A stretch of DNA of 57,367 bases, filler included, from Dugesia japonica (taxonomy: Eukaryota): NCBI GenBank assembly GCA_001938525.1. It is 6 parts of 6 records of this genome, joined end to end, with 100 filler letters (N's around TTAATTAATTAA, not from the genome) between each part and the next. Parts side by side here need not be neighbours in the genome. Positions count along the whole stretch, not along the records: positions 1 to 9,221 come from MQRL01613991.1; positions 9,322 to 18,072 come from MQRL01523767.1; 4 more parts are not named here. One strand, 5' to 3'. Of the stretch, positions 1 to 12,443 are shown piece after piece. The translations under genes were made by a program, and so were the position numbers. The notes below the pieces were generated by a model. It searched no databases. It saw nothing but the letters and a program-made list of their open reading frames with translations, and was not told the origin of the DNA. Each line of letters starts with the position of its first letter. The first letter of the stretch is position 1.

Positions 1-197
1 GCACATCCAAACTTCAGAAAAATCGAAACTATACTTTTTCATATCCCTTCTTTTCACTTTCTAATAAAATAAAGCACACCTCGAAAAATCGGTTTCCGTG
101 TACCTATACTAATTACAAACCAAAACTTTGAAAAGTAAATTAATATTCCGTCAAATTACCTCAAAACCTGTATCATCAAATGGTACAACACTTTCTC

Positions 198-888
198 TTT
201 CCAACAACATTTAATCCATCCAAATCTGGCAAGTATTCACAACACTAGATGGATTTTAAGTTAAGTGCGCGATAACTCATTGTCCTGTGAACACTCGCAC
301 AGAAAAAAGATTTGAGACAAATTTATTTTTTTCATCATATACACAAACATCAGATCACTATAAAAATTAAACCTAAATGTACATCTACACTTTCCANNNN
401 NNNNNNNNNNNNNNNNNNNNNNNNNNNNNNNNNNNNNNNNNNNNNNNNNNNNNNNNNNNNNNNNNNNNNNNAAAAAAAACAAAAAAATTCAGAAAAACAT
501 AAAACAAATCTTAAAATTCGTAGAAAATTTCCACATTAATTAAATCATAAAAGAAAATTTTAAAAATAAATTTACCTATACAAACCCCTCTAAATACAAT
601 TTTTTTTAAAAATTCATATACACATTGGAAAAACATACCTTTTTCTTATTAAATCAACCTTCTTCTTTCTTAAAAAAATAATTTCAACTCGGAAAAACAA
701 TATTTTCATCAAAATATATTATTTACTAACCTTTAACCTTTAACCATCAAAAAATTAATCAATAATCCTCCAACTCGACCAAAAACCGGTACCATCATCT
801 GTATCAACATCCAAACTTTCCAACGACATCAAATCCAACCAAATCACAACACCAGACCGATTTTAAGCAAAAGTGTGCGATAAGTCAT
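198..888. repeat. Diverged direct repeat pair (~198-280 and ~817-888) in a G-poor putative retroelement leader
   Basis: ttccaacaacatttaatccatccaaat..cacaacactagatggattttaagttaagtgcgcgataactcat aligns with ttccaacgacatcaaatccaaccaaatcacaacaccagaccgattttaagcaaaagtgtgcgataagtcat, with one ~11-nt indel. Confidence 0.75.
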
Positions 889-902
889 CAGCTATTCCAG
901 TG

Positions 903-913
903 CGCTACCACCA
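903..913 (-). promoter_or_regulatory. Putative primer-binding site TGGTGGTAGCG (tRNA-Leu-like)
   Basis: Minus strand reads ...CTAGCCA aaa TGGTGGTAGCG. The same 11-mer is the PBS of the gypsy element at 17848-17858. Confidence 0.6.
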
Positions 914-916
914 TTT

Positions 917-1400
917 TGGCTAGAATGAGGCGTTTACACCAAAGTATAAACAGAATTTTGGTCTCATCACAACTATACCATTTCCACCTCAAAAAGTAAA
1001 AGGTCAAACACACCATTTGAGTCCACTTTATCTTTTTACACAATATCTTTACACACACACACTACACACGCAAACAATATGATAACATACACACACTTTT
1101 TCCACACACATACATGCTCAATACCATAAGCCATCAATACCTGTAAAAAATATTTTTAAAAATAAAAAAANNNNNNNNNNNNNNNNNNNNNNNNNNNNNN
1201 NNNNNNNNNNNNNNNNNNNNNNNNNNNNNNNNNNNNNNAAAAATTTTTGATCCGTTCAAAAATCCTACATTTCAAAATCCTCATTATCTGGTAACATACT
1301 TTGCTCACTGTGTCGTGTTCTCGTTAAGGGGAGGGGAGGCCTGTGCTGGTGCGCTTACATCTACATACTTACGTGATATATCATTATACTGGCCACCACA
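917..1400 (-). mobile_element. Putative 5' LTR of an LTR retrotransposon (contains a gap)
   Basis: Ends in CA 3 nt before the PBS. Candidate TG start (TGTGGTGG) at 1400; the outer boundary is uncertain. Confidence 0.4.
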
Positions 1401-3850
1401 ATGAAATAAAAAAAATTAGCATTTTTATTAATTTTCTTTTAAAAATATAACTTTTTTAATTAAAATATTTTTGTGGTGAAATAACAAACAAGTACCAAAA
1501 TTTTACTTTAAAATTACTAAAATAAATAATTTTAATCAATTCGAATCAACTATTTCTTTTTATTACTAATACCAACTGTACTTTTAATTTTCCTTATTCT
1601 ACCGGTTTATTTTGTCTACCATATTTTTTCCGAATAATCTTGCATTTTAAATAAACAATCTATCAAAAATAATAATTTATGTTTTGTGAATTAAATTTTG
1701 ATTATTAATATAAATAGTAGAAATGTAAAATTTTATAAACAAAATCATTGTATTAATATTTTTTAAAATTTATTAATAAATTAAACCACAAAACAAAAAA
1801 AACATTAATGATTCATGCTTTAGGATTTATTTGATAAGTACTTTAATTCAATATTTATGAAAATATTAACGAATTATGACAAATTTCAGCAATCACTGCC
1901 ATTGAGTAAATAATATCAAATCTGAAATAACAGTAAAATTTGTGGCGATAGAATATGACAAAATAAGTTTTTTTATTTTGATAATGCTCACATTACAAAA
2001 TCTACTAATAGTACATTTAATATTAAATCAAATTTCAATATTTATTTGATAACACGATAATAATTTAATTCTGACTGACCAATCATTCGAAATTATAATT
2101 TATTAATTCAATTTTTACGTAAATTTTCTAATAAAATTTTTATTATATTAAATATTCGTTTTAAATATTAGTTGAAGACATTTTATATGAAATTGTTTTA
2201 CAGAAATAATTAAAACATTGATTTAACAATTTACATTTAAATTTATTAGTTTATTTTGCATTTTTTCTTTTCATTTGATTTAGCTTTACTTTTTATATTA
2301 AAAACTTTGTGCAAAAAAATTATTTACGAAATTTGTTTGAAAATTTAGAATTTCTAGTAAAAACTTAAATCACATTATTTTTATAATTTCAGATTTTGTT
2401 CGAATGTTTTTTTGTCTACTGTTTTTAATTTTCTTGTTTACTTTTTCAAATTGTACGACATTCAAATAATACGAGATATTTAAATTTCTCTAAATTCCTG
2501 CAAATGTGTTCATAAATAGGCATAACTTTATTTAATCAATTACACCGTACGAGTATATGTAAATTATCAATATAAATCGCAAAACGTTTTTGTTAATCGC
2601 GTTAATATCATATCAAAGAAATGGAATAATAGATCAAAAGAATTTTGCTAAAGATTTTGAAATCACTAAAAAATTAATTAGTTTATCGTTTTCAATGTTT
2701 GTAGTTGCTTTTTCTATTTTGTTTTCGTGATTCCTGGGTTATCAGACAATTTCCGAGAAAATCCAATGAAATTTCATTCATCCGTTCAGTAGGTATTTAA
2801 CCTACGATTTGGATGCTTCTTGTAAATAATCAAGGAATATAGAGTTCATAAGTCGCATGTTACTAACTACAATCCAGATTATTGATTGATTTTTGACTAA
2901 TTTTATTTCTCCACATGATTTAACAATATAAAAAAAATTATGGCACACTTCATCAATCGATTCTAGGGGAATCAGGTTAATGCTCGACCCATTCATGTTC
3001 AACCATCTTTCGTCTCGTTCTTTTACGGTTGAATACAGTAAAGAAGTTTTGCCTCATAGTTACTCATTTCAAAGTTTATCTTCAGAAATACTCATTGTAA
3101 CTATTAGCAGATTTATGGTAGATTTCAGACATTATGGTAATTTACTACCAACATGAAGAACAAAGTATAAAATTTAATGATGGAGGTTTTTTTAGTATAA
3201 ATAAACTAATTTAAAATAAATCATACTAGATCAACAGGAAAAAAATTGTATTTTTAAACGATTAATTANAAAATTAAGTTGTCAATTGAAAGAAAAATGC
3301 TATTTTTTCCAATGATTCATTTTCCCCAAAGTAATTTTATTGCTTATTTTTCTTTCATTTCATTTTGAGTATCTCGTTATCTTTAAATGAATTGTTTTTT
3401 CCTTCGACATTTTATCGGTCAATGAGCATTAGAAGCATGTCATGCTTTTTGTATGCTCACACTTGAACTTGAATTCAGTCGATCTGAAAAAATAATTCTA
3501 TTAATTGATCTTTATTTGATTTAATTTGATTATAAAAACCTAGAATTTTGTTTTCTGCATCATTTTCTATAGATGTCGAGTTTTGATATTATGACTTACA
3601 TTTTTTCTTGTCCACTACAAACAAAAAATAATAATACTTGCAAGAAGATTAAAAAATCAACAAGTGTAGAACCTTCAAATTGTTGAGATCACACACCCTG
3701 CAAAACAAATTACAGCCACACAAAACAAGTAAATAAATAACAAGCATAACATAAATACAATCAATCTTCAAAGAACAAAGTTTTTCAATCAACAATCAAG
3801 TGGATGCTCAGATCGTATATCGTTGATCAGACTTTATATCAATAATGACT

Positions 3851-4016
3851 ATTATATTTGATCGAATTTTGAGTTGACATTGATATTCAATTTATTTTGT
3901 TTTATGTGTACTGCGCTTTTATTTATTTGATTTATTATTGATTATTATATTTGATCAAACTCTTAGGTGGCATTGGTATTCAATTTATTCGTACTGCACT
4001 TTTATTTATTTGATTT
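3851..4016. repeat. Two-copy diverged tandem repeat, ~93-bp period, possibly within a solo LTR
   Basis: attatatttgatc...cattg(a/g)tattcaattt...gtactgc(g/a)cttttatttatttgattt occurs at 3851 and 3944. Confidence 0.8.
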
Positions 4017-6169
4017 CTTATTTAATTTGTATTCGTTGTGAGAGAAATAAATCAATATGTAAATAAATTTCATTTGGAAATAAGGTCATAGTTATTTTCA
4101 TTTTTTAACTAAATCAAAATATGTATATAAATAAGATCATTGTTATTTTATTTTAGTTTGGTGAGAAAAATTCACACATAAATATTATTTCATAATATTT
4201 TCATGTCATGGTTATTTATTTTGGCCTTATTTTGATAATAAATAAATCAATTTTGGGAAGAAAATTCATGCATACATATTATTTTTATGATATTTTAATA
4301 NCTTATGTAGATAAGCATGTGTTGTNTGCATGATCAAATCAGTATAAATACTGATCATTTTTAGTTAATTTTCAGACTATTTTGATCAGCTAGAATCCAA
4401 CCTCTCTGGGCGGCATCTCTAGCTTGATATAAAATTTTGCGAATAAGGTTTAAGACTTTTATTAAGCTGTATTATTTGTATACATCAAAAATAAATTGTT
4501 AAAAGGTACTTATTGGTTATTTATATAGGACAAATACACTATATAACTATATCTATAATTTTCAATAAAATATTATTTATATAATATCGTATTGACATAT
4601 CAAGGGAAAATAAACACCCATAAATATACAAACGTACTTTTAGTCAATAGTTTTAAAATAATGAGCCATAAATTAACTTGTTGAGTAGAAATACCCAACA
4701 CTATGAAAGTTCAAGAATCAACTTGGAAGATATCATTGAAATAAAGATGTACTGATACCGGATACCCAGTGGCATTAGTTATTAACTATTACTGAAGATA
4801 TTAACACCAAAACTGTTTTAAAAAAGCTAAACAAGGATTAGAGACCAAAGATAATTAGAAAATTAACGGAAAGCAAGACAAAAAATATGATCTAAAAAAT
4901 ATCTGAATAGTACTGAATTCCTAGGACGTCATTTATCTAGTGAAAAAACAGCATTGATATTATTATAAAAAGTACTTCTAGGAAAATTTAAAAGTCGATG
5001 TGAAAAATGGTACCAAGCTCGAGTAACATGTTCAACAAGGAAAATGGAAGAATCAAAAACACCAATCAAGAATCATATCAGCAAAGCAAAAATGAAAAAA
5101 TTATTTCATTTTAAATTTAAATTTAACTTACTTAAAATTAATTTTAAATAATTATTTTTAAAATTACAATAGAAAAAAATCCAATCAAACTAAACAATAA
5201 TTCGACTTATCCTCGAAAATATTTGTCTTGTATTTAAAACAAATAAATATTTTATCCTCAAAAAACATTCAAATTTAAATTGCACACAAAAATTAAAACT
5301 AACATGCTATTTGTATTTCCCATTCATAAATTTTTAACCAATGAAATTCTTAGCCACTTTTACGTCGGAAGAATGCACTATGAGACGAAAGAGTTTTTGG
5401 ATAATAGTCCTCTAAGCAGTGTATAGGCAGTTTTTAATTCTTAGTTGAATTGTACCAAAATGTTCTAAGGATCATTATAATATTTAATAATTATTATAAT
5501 TACTAGTGGTTAGGTGCTGCACACCATAGAGAACGAAACATATATTGGTAGTAGTGATTTAGATAATTTATTGACTACTTTTCATTCTGAGTTGAATGGT
5601 TCCTAATTTAAAATCATACATACACATATAAGAAGAAAAAGATGTGTTTTTATTGGTTAAAACATAGCCATTTGCAAAAAGTACTAAAAAACTATCTTCC
5701 CGGAAAGGAGGGAAGTGGTTTATTGCTGATTTATCTACCTACTGTTAAATAAATGTCTTTTTAATAAGGGCATAGAATTTGACAATTAAGTCGTTCGAAA
5801 ATAATAGTTTCTAACTGCTGAAAGCGTGGATTGCCAACAACAAATTTGCACAAAGAGATAACAAATACTGATATGATAGAGTAGTTTGTCTACGAACATT
5901 ATTTAGGTGGGCGTCATATTTCCAAAATGGTTTCCACGACATCAATGACGTAGACCACTCTTTGAGGCTCTCATACAACCGGGATCAGAAGATTAATCAG
6001 GTATCACGTGAAAATGGACATGCAACCATAAAGATTATTGCCAAGAACATCAGTAAATGACTTATGGCTCGAGAAAGATTTTTAAAACAGATTCGCTGCA
6101 TCTTTATTCAATATTTTTATGTTAAAAAAATTATTTAAAATTATGTTTATATTATTGACTTACCTAAAG

Positions 6170-7110
6170 TTATGCCCGTAGAAAGAACCAAAAACTAAAG
6201 GAATGCGGACATCTACTCTGTAAACTTAGAGGCACTGGTTTTCTTCTGAAAATGTATATGAGAAGACAATAAAAAAATTTTTCAGGTTCCATGGAGAAGA
6301 CTAGAGCCAGAACAAAATCTTCATAGAATCCGAACATTTTCATTTCTCCAGTTCCTTTCTTTTCTCGTCCCTTCAGTATTATTTTTATTTTGAATATTCC
6401 ACCGCTGAATGTAGTTATGTTGCCATTTTCAGAATTTTGAATTGGAATGTAATAAGTACATGTTTGTTTGAGCATAGTTCCTTTTAAAAAATGCTGTTGG
6501 GATTTGTTTCTGAAATTAGAAAAATTCACAAGATAATTATTTCTTAACGAAAATTATGATAATTATATTTGTTTCAAATTTCTTGAAATATTTGAGAAAA
6601 ATATAACAAGGATTTTAAAGCAATTTTATTCCAAATATGAGATCAGGAAAATTGTTTGATGTTCCTTTTGAATTAGTAACGGCTAGTTTCTGTTCAAATT
6701 TGAGATCAACGAATTTACTTAAGTTATTTTTGAATTGATGACAGCTATTCTCGTTGAACGTCACTGGGCAAAAAATAATTTGATAGATTAGAAAAATAAA
6801 TTTAATAATTGATGAGTTGTTGGAGAAATAAAATCGACTAATTACCTCTTGGAACTTAGATTTCTTGGCTATTTCGCTTAAAATTGACTTCTTGAAATGG
6901 CTTAATAACTGGTAAAATTTTCTATTGATTAATAGGTAGAAGTGGCGGACTGTTCCCTCCTACCCTGCCGGCAAAGTGATATAGATTTTCAGTGGTATTA
7001 TTGGTTGAAAGAATGTTACTAAAAATAAATGATACAGTATCTTGTGATCTTATTGATCAACATTATTCAGTAGAAAATTTCAATAATACGGTATCCTACA
7101 TAACAATAGA
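6170..7110 (+). pseudogene. Possible heavily decayed TRAF-like gene (RING, zinc finger and MATH traces)
   Basis: Collinear weak motifs in different frames: KEPK-LKECGHLLC (RING-like), VVMLPFSEF* (TRAF Zn finger CPFxxFGC-like), AK*YRFSV and VSCDLIDQ (MATH-like). Confidence 0.25.
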
Positions 7111-7544
7111 AAAATATTTTCTTTTAATTATTTCAATTATTTAATTTTGAAATTTTTTTCTTTTTTTTGAATTCTAAATTCTTTTTAATTTTTTAAAAAT
7201 TTATTTCTCTTATATTTTGGGTGCAAGTTTAGTATCATTCGTTGCGCAATGAAAAGACGAGCAATATTCTGCGGTTATGTTTTTATTTGGACAAGTAGTC
7301 CAAAAATTATTAAAAATTTGGAAAGTCGTGTTCTACATTACCTTTTGAATCTCAACCAGTGGTAAAGGAAAGGAAATAAAAAGTAAGATAGGATTGTCTC
7401 ATGAACTTGTATTGTTAAATACTTTCTTCATTATGAAAATCGAGTTCAAAATACGTGAATTTTTAAATTTTTAGAAATGATTAAAAGACAAGTTAAAAAA
7501 TAGCTATGATGACAAACATTATGGTATTTTTAAATTTACTATAA

Positions 7545-8380
7545 GATGTAAGGGTAAAAAGTTATCAGAGATTTTAACTTTTAAAACCGCTTACAGCTGC
7601 CATTTTTAAATTTTTAAAATTGAATCTTATACTCCTCGATAGAAATAAAAAATTATCTATACATTGCCTTTGATTTAATATATACGATAACTATCGTAAA
7701 GTGCTTTGTTTCTGCACAATTCTTAAAATAGAGAAGAAAAACTCACCATAGCAATCAAAATAAAGTTGCTATGAAAATAGGACTTTTGCATTCTGAGGAA
7801 GAATTTTATGATGAACACGATGGCGTTGTTTAACGTTGTAACTGATGTAAGAGTAAAAAGTTGTTAAAGTTTTGAAATTTTAAAACCACTTGCTACCACA
7901 ATATTAAAAGTTAAACCATTCGATAGAAAATTATAAACTACAAATACATTGCCTAAATATACATTGTCTATCGTAAAGTGCTTCATTTCTAAGCCATTCC
8001 AAACATAGAGAACAAAGACCCCCAGCCCAAAAGAAAGACGCTTTAAAGTCAAAGTTGATACCGTTAGACGCGGAATTTTATTTTAAGAATTACTGTTGAG
8101 TTCAACTTTTGGTTTGACATATCAGCGGCAAAATTATTTCCTTTTGAAGATTTTATAACAATCTAGAAGCTCCATTTTTAAAGATGTCACTTTGAACCCT
8201 ATTTAACTTTTAACATTTTATATTCACATTGTTTCCATTGAAAAACGATTTCTTTTTTTATTATATTTGGTTATTTTTAAAATTCTGACTCCATCGATTT
8301 GCCTTTAAAATTTTTCAACTTTAAATATATATCATTGAATTCAGAATAAAAATTTTTTTATACATTGCCTAAAGATCTAC
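7545..8380. repeat. Diverged ~300-400 bp repeat units (2 full, 1 partial), probably a non-autonomous DNA element
   Basis: gatgtaag(g/a)gtaaaaagtt...ttttaaaacc...cgatagaaa...tacattgcct...ctatcgtaaagtgctt...atagagaa at ~7545 and ~7844; tacattgcct recurs at ~8360. Confidence 0.7.
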
Positions 8381-8434
8381 TATCCAAAAACTCTTCTTTC
8401 ATGGGTAAAAGCGGTCCAGTCAAAGTAGGTAGAT

Positions 8435-8870
8435 AGTAGAGCATTACAACACTTAACCCTTGCTGTTAAATAAAAAATTATTATGATGGAAAACTTGTTA
8501 TCGCTGGGCTCGGAACTTTATGGCGGACATTACTGAATCATTTAAATTTCAATCAGATAAGTCAGAATTATATGTCTTAATGGGTTAACTGTGTATATTA
8601 AATTACTCTATTAAGCTCATTGTGTGTATTATATGACTTTAATTGATTAAATAAAAAGCTTGAAAATGTTTCCCAACTAAAAACAAAAATTTTAGCCCAA
8701 AATCAGCCCATTTATATATAAAATCCAATATAACTTAATCCGATTTCGTAACTTCTGTGCAAAATATTTTCCCCCAGTAAATACACAGGAAAAATTAGCC
8801 CAATTACTTGATATTACCTAATATGATGTAATTTTTAAATTTCCAACTAAATACACATGGATTAAATATC
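8435..8870 (+). repeat. Putative Maverick/Polinton terminal inverted repeat (left)
   Basis: Starts AGTAGA and is collinear in inverted orientation with 9322-9621 (aaccctt..gctgt; caactaaaaa; ttccaactaaatacacatggattaaata). Lies just downstream of the integrase remnant. Confidence 0.4.
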
Positions 8871-8984
8871 ATAACATCACTAATCATTGAGGAGGGGATT
8901 GGGTTTTGATCTAGTCTGCTACTATCGATCTACTAGATTATTTGATCTCATCTGAATTTTCTTCTTCTTGTCAAACTATTGGTG

Positions 8985-9221
8985 ATCCAAATATCCAACT
9001 AAGTTTTTCATATTCATGTCACTTTACATAATATATTATTTTTTCTTACCACTTCCCTTTGATTTGAGAATTTTTTGTAATCTAAATATCTCTGGCGGTG
9101 GAATAACTTGGATTCCCTGTTCATAGAATTTTCCTTGCACGATATTATCTTCAAAATCTTTATTCACATAAATGACTGGATTTTATTTCGTGTTGATTTT
9201 TGTTATTTGAAACACTTCATT
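8985..9221 (-). mobile_element. Maverick/Polinton-type integrase C-terminus with chromodomain (pseudogenised)
   Basis: Translation NEVFQITKINTK*NPVIYVNKDFEDNIVQGKFYEQGIQVIPPPEIFRLQKILKSKGSGKKK / YYVK*HEYEKLSWI matches the c-integrase pattern GxFYExELQ...IEKIL..RG.G...YLVKWxGY...SW. Confidence 0.8.
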
Positions 9222-9321
9222 NNNNNNNNNNNNNNNNNNNNNNNNNNNNNNNNNNNNNNNNNNNNTTAATTAATTAANNNNNNNNNNNNNNNNNNNNNNN
9301 NNNNNNNNNNNNNNNNNNNNN
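9222..9321. other. Artificial assembly spacer N44-TTAATTAATTAA-N44
   Basis: Exactly 100 bp, with stops in all six frames; occurs identically five times in the window. Confidence 0.97.
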
Positions 9322-9621
9322 TTCATTGACAATAATTGACTGCCCTCACTATAGTAACAATTTATGTATCGAATAATTTATTAAATTTATTTAATTACAT
9401 ATGTATTTAGTGGGAAAAAAATAACAAGCTATTAAAAAATGAATTTTTTAGTTGAAAGTTCGGGTAAAGTTTTTAATTAAAATAGTCAATATTTATTTTT
9501 GAAATAATTGTTAGCAAGTACATTTACAANNNNNNNNNNNNNNNNNNNNNNNNNNNNNNNNNNNNNNNNNNNNNNNNNNATTAAATTGTTGTATTACAGC
9601 TGGAAGGGTTTGCGCACTACT
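9322..9621 (-). repeat. Putative Maverick/Polinton terminus (TIR ending ACTACT)
   Basis: Reverse complement begins AGTAGTGCGCAAACCCTT; AGTAGT is a typical Polinton end. Homologous to 8435-8870. Confidence 0.5.
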
Positions 9622-10779
9622 GACTCATCAATCAAATAATAAAAAATCTTTACATTAAATAACATTATTAAATATAATGTTAAAAAGCACAAATAAATTT
9701 TATTCAACTAATTTCTAGTTTATAAAAATACTTTTAAAAAAATTATCCTTTTTGTTTTAAAACTTCTACGGAACATTTATTTATAGAATGCTTATTTGAA
9801 TGAAATTCAACTTTGTTAATTAAGCATTAACTACAATCATTTACGTAAATTAAATAACCAAAACTTGGTAAATTTATGGGGTAATTAATAAAATAATTTA
9901 ATGTTAATTATTAAGTATACATATTATTAATTAAAAATTAATTAACTAATTATTAATTAGTTTATTATTAGTTTATTACCAAAAATAACTAAATGTCTTA
10001 AAATATATGTTATTTGATTTAGTAGAAAATATATAAATTCTTTTTTGTGAATTCTTTTATTTCAAATTTAATTAAAAATATTCTTTTAACTCAAAAATGA
10101 AAGCAAATATCAAAACAAATAANNNNNNNNNNNNNNNNNNNNNNNNNNNNNNNNNNNNNNNNNNNNNNNNNNNNNNNNNNNNNNNNNNNNNNNNNNNNNN
10201 NNNNNNNNNNNNNNNNNNNNNNNNNNNNAATTAAATCAAAAATAAATTATCTATTAATTTTGTTAAATGATTGAAAATTCACAACAGTCTAAAAATTGGA
10301 ATTTGCAATTTGTTAATTTTTAGTTATAATGAAAAAAAAATATTTGTTTAAAATTTTCATTACTTCGAAAAGTGTTTTTTCTCTAATTTTATCATCAACC
10401 GATCTATTAATAGGGAATTTTACGTTGATCAAGAATATTAGGATTAAAGGTTACCAAAATTCTTTCTTAATGAAGAAAATTTATAAAAATTTTAATAAAA
10501 AAAGAAATATTTATATTTACTGTGTACGCGCAAAGTGCGTAAACATCTTGCGCGAACGCAGTTCAGTTGGCAAAATAACAGTTGTATTTATAAACTTTCT
10601 TCGACAGTATTAATATAATAAACTCCCCTGGTGGATATTAAAATTAGAATACTTCCCTGTGTACATTACTATTACATTTCCTCGACCAATATTAACTTCT
10701 ATTAATAATAAGGGAAATAGAAAGTAACTAAACAAATATATTTTTGTTCAAATTTTTACTATTGGAGAATAACTGACAC

Positions 10780-11423
10780 TGAGGTTTTTGAGATAATAAA
10801 GCTCAAAACTATACAAAATAATTCTAATGCGAAAAATTACTACATGTCAAGAAATCAATCGAAATAATGTCCATATTTTTATTTAAACGGTAATGATTTT
10901 CTTTAATAGTNNNNNNNNNNNNNNNNNNNNNNNNNNNNNNNNNNNNNNNNNNNNNNNNNNNNNNNNNNNNNNNNNNNNNNNNNNNNNNNNNNNNNNNNNN
11001 NNNNNNNNNNNNNNNNNNNNNNNNNNNNNNNNNNNNNNNNNNNNNNNNNNNNNNNNNNNNNNNNNNNNNNNNNNNNNNNNNNNNNNNNNNNNNNNNNNNN
11101 NNNNNNNNNNNNNNNNNNNNNNNNNNNNNNNNNNNNNNNNAAACCTCTGTAACATAAAGATTTACAGTAAAATATCGAAAGCATTCAATGTCTACAGTTG
11201 CTTACAGCTGTAGACAATTTCTGAATTACGATTTAATTACATGAATTATCAAAGGAAATCAAAGGTTGGTATGAACCAAAACTATTTCCAGAATTTAGAA
11301 TTTCAAAATATGATCCCTTATTTGTCACTATTTTTATCAGGAAAAGTTTTTCTAGTTGGTCTAAAGACATTAAATTATCAACCAATAGTTGATCAAATAT
11401 TAAAAGATTTTAAAATTCATTGA
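10780..11423 (+). pseudogene. Divergent TATA-binding protein (TBP)-like pseudogene spanning an N gap
   Basis: After the gap: DNF*ITI*LHELSKEIKGWYEPKLFPEFRISKYDPLFVTIF / SGKVFLVGLK (cf. TBP repeat 2, YEPELFPGL...LIFVSGKVVLTGAK). Before the gap: IKLKTI...TVMIFFNS (cf. repeat 1, LDLKTI...TALIFSSGK). Contains stops and a frameshift near 11335. Confidence 0.75.
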
Positions 11424-12222
11424 AAATATTAACAATTTAAACAATTTAATTAAATAAAGTGTTCAGTAGATTTATTGTTTTTTGAAATATTAACATTAAA
11501 TTTAATGTTTTTTTATAAAGAAAAATTGAATCCACGTAAGAAAATTTAAATTAAAAATTTAACTTAAGCAATTCTACAATAAATTTAGATCAAGTGGAAC
11601 AATTAATAAAATGTTTAATTTTTATGGAGACTAAAAATTGAATTTTACTATTCCACTTTGAATGAAAAATATTGCTAACATGGTTTTTTTTGAGATTCAA
11701 CTTCAATAATCTAATTCGTAGATTAAAAAAGTGTTAGAATTCATCAAGAAATTGATGAAATAATTTTTCAAAAATTAGTAGAGAAACAATGTTTAAAGAC
11801 AAATTTAGACATTCAATATCATATTTCTTCTTAATAAAAAAATTTTATTTTAAAAAGTTCAAAATCAAACTATTGACGATTTTTCATTCAAGAACAAATT
11901 TGCTTATTAAAAATTAATTTAAAATTTGTTTTTTGGATATTGAAAACAATTCTATATTTCGATTTCGTCTTCTTCAGGAATTAACTTTGGGTCAGAATCA
12001 TTCTTCCACGAATTCTACGTTATAGTGGCTAGCTCAGCACCGATCAATAAGAAATAATTTAATGTGTTTTAATTTTGACGTGGAGAAGGAGTAGATTAAT
12101 TAATTCTCTCGGAGCAAAATTTGAAAAAGTGTACAAATTTATTCTTTCTTCTCTAAAAGCCATTTATCATTGTCAACGCTTTTCAAATTTATAAATTTTT
12201 GAATTTGTTTATAATTTAATTT

Positions 12223-12443
12223 ATGGAAGGAATAAAAGTTAATAAGGAAAGGTTAGATAAACTGAATAAGTTATCTGATAATGTTAGAATTGGTGGGAAA
12301 GGTTTGGCTAGACGTAAGAAGAAGGTAGTTATGAAAAATAATGTTAGTGATGAGCTACAAAGCTACAAACTATATTGAAAATGCTAGGTGTTAATCCTAT
12401 TCCAACAATCGAAGAAGTGAACATGTTTAAATATAATGGCATT
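12223..12443 (+). pseudogene. BTF3: BTF3 / NAC-beta N-terminal fragment, intronless and frameshifted
   Basis: MEGIKVNKERLDKLNKLSDNVRIGGKGLARRKKKVVMKNNVSDE / KLQTILKMLGVNPIPTIEEVNMFKYNG matches the BTF3 signature VRIGGKGTARRKKK...IEEVNMF. Truncated in the middle of the NAC domain. Confidence 0.9.

Noticed and set aside
1-1170. Mitochondrial insertion suggested by the strong strand skew
   Set aside because: No recognisable mitochondrial protein, rRNA or tRNA; a PBS/LTR explanation fits better.
1870-2740. Decayed GPCR (hydrophobic stretches such as EITKKLISLSFSMFVVAFSILF)
   Set aside because: AT-rich DNA yields such F/L/I-rich peptides by chance; many stops and no firm motif.
4306-4532. Solo LTR (TG...CA with TATAAATA and AATAAA)
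   Set aside because: No matching TSD or second copy in the window; the boundaries are arbitrary.
9266-9277. TTAATTAATTAA repeated five times at ~9-12 kb spacing as a biological motif
   Set aside because: Always flanked by exactly 44 Ns on each side; it is an artificial six-frame-stop linker.
11189-11216. 12-bp hairpin as an ncRNA or terminator
   Set aside because: Lies inside the TBP-like coding remnant; a single short stem with no other support.
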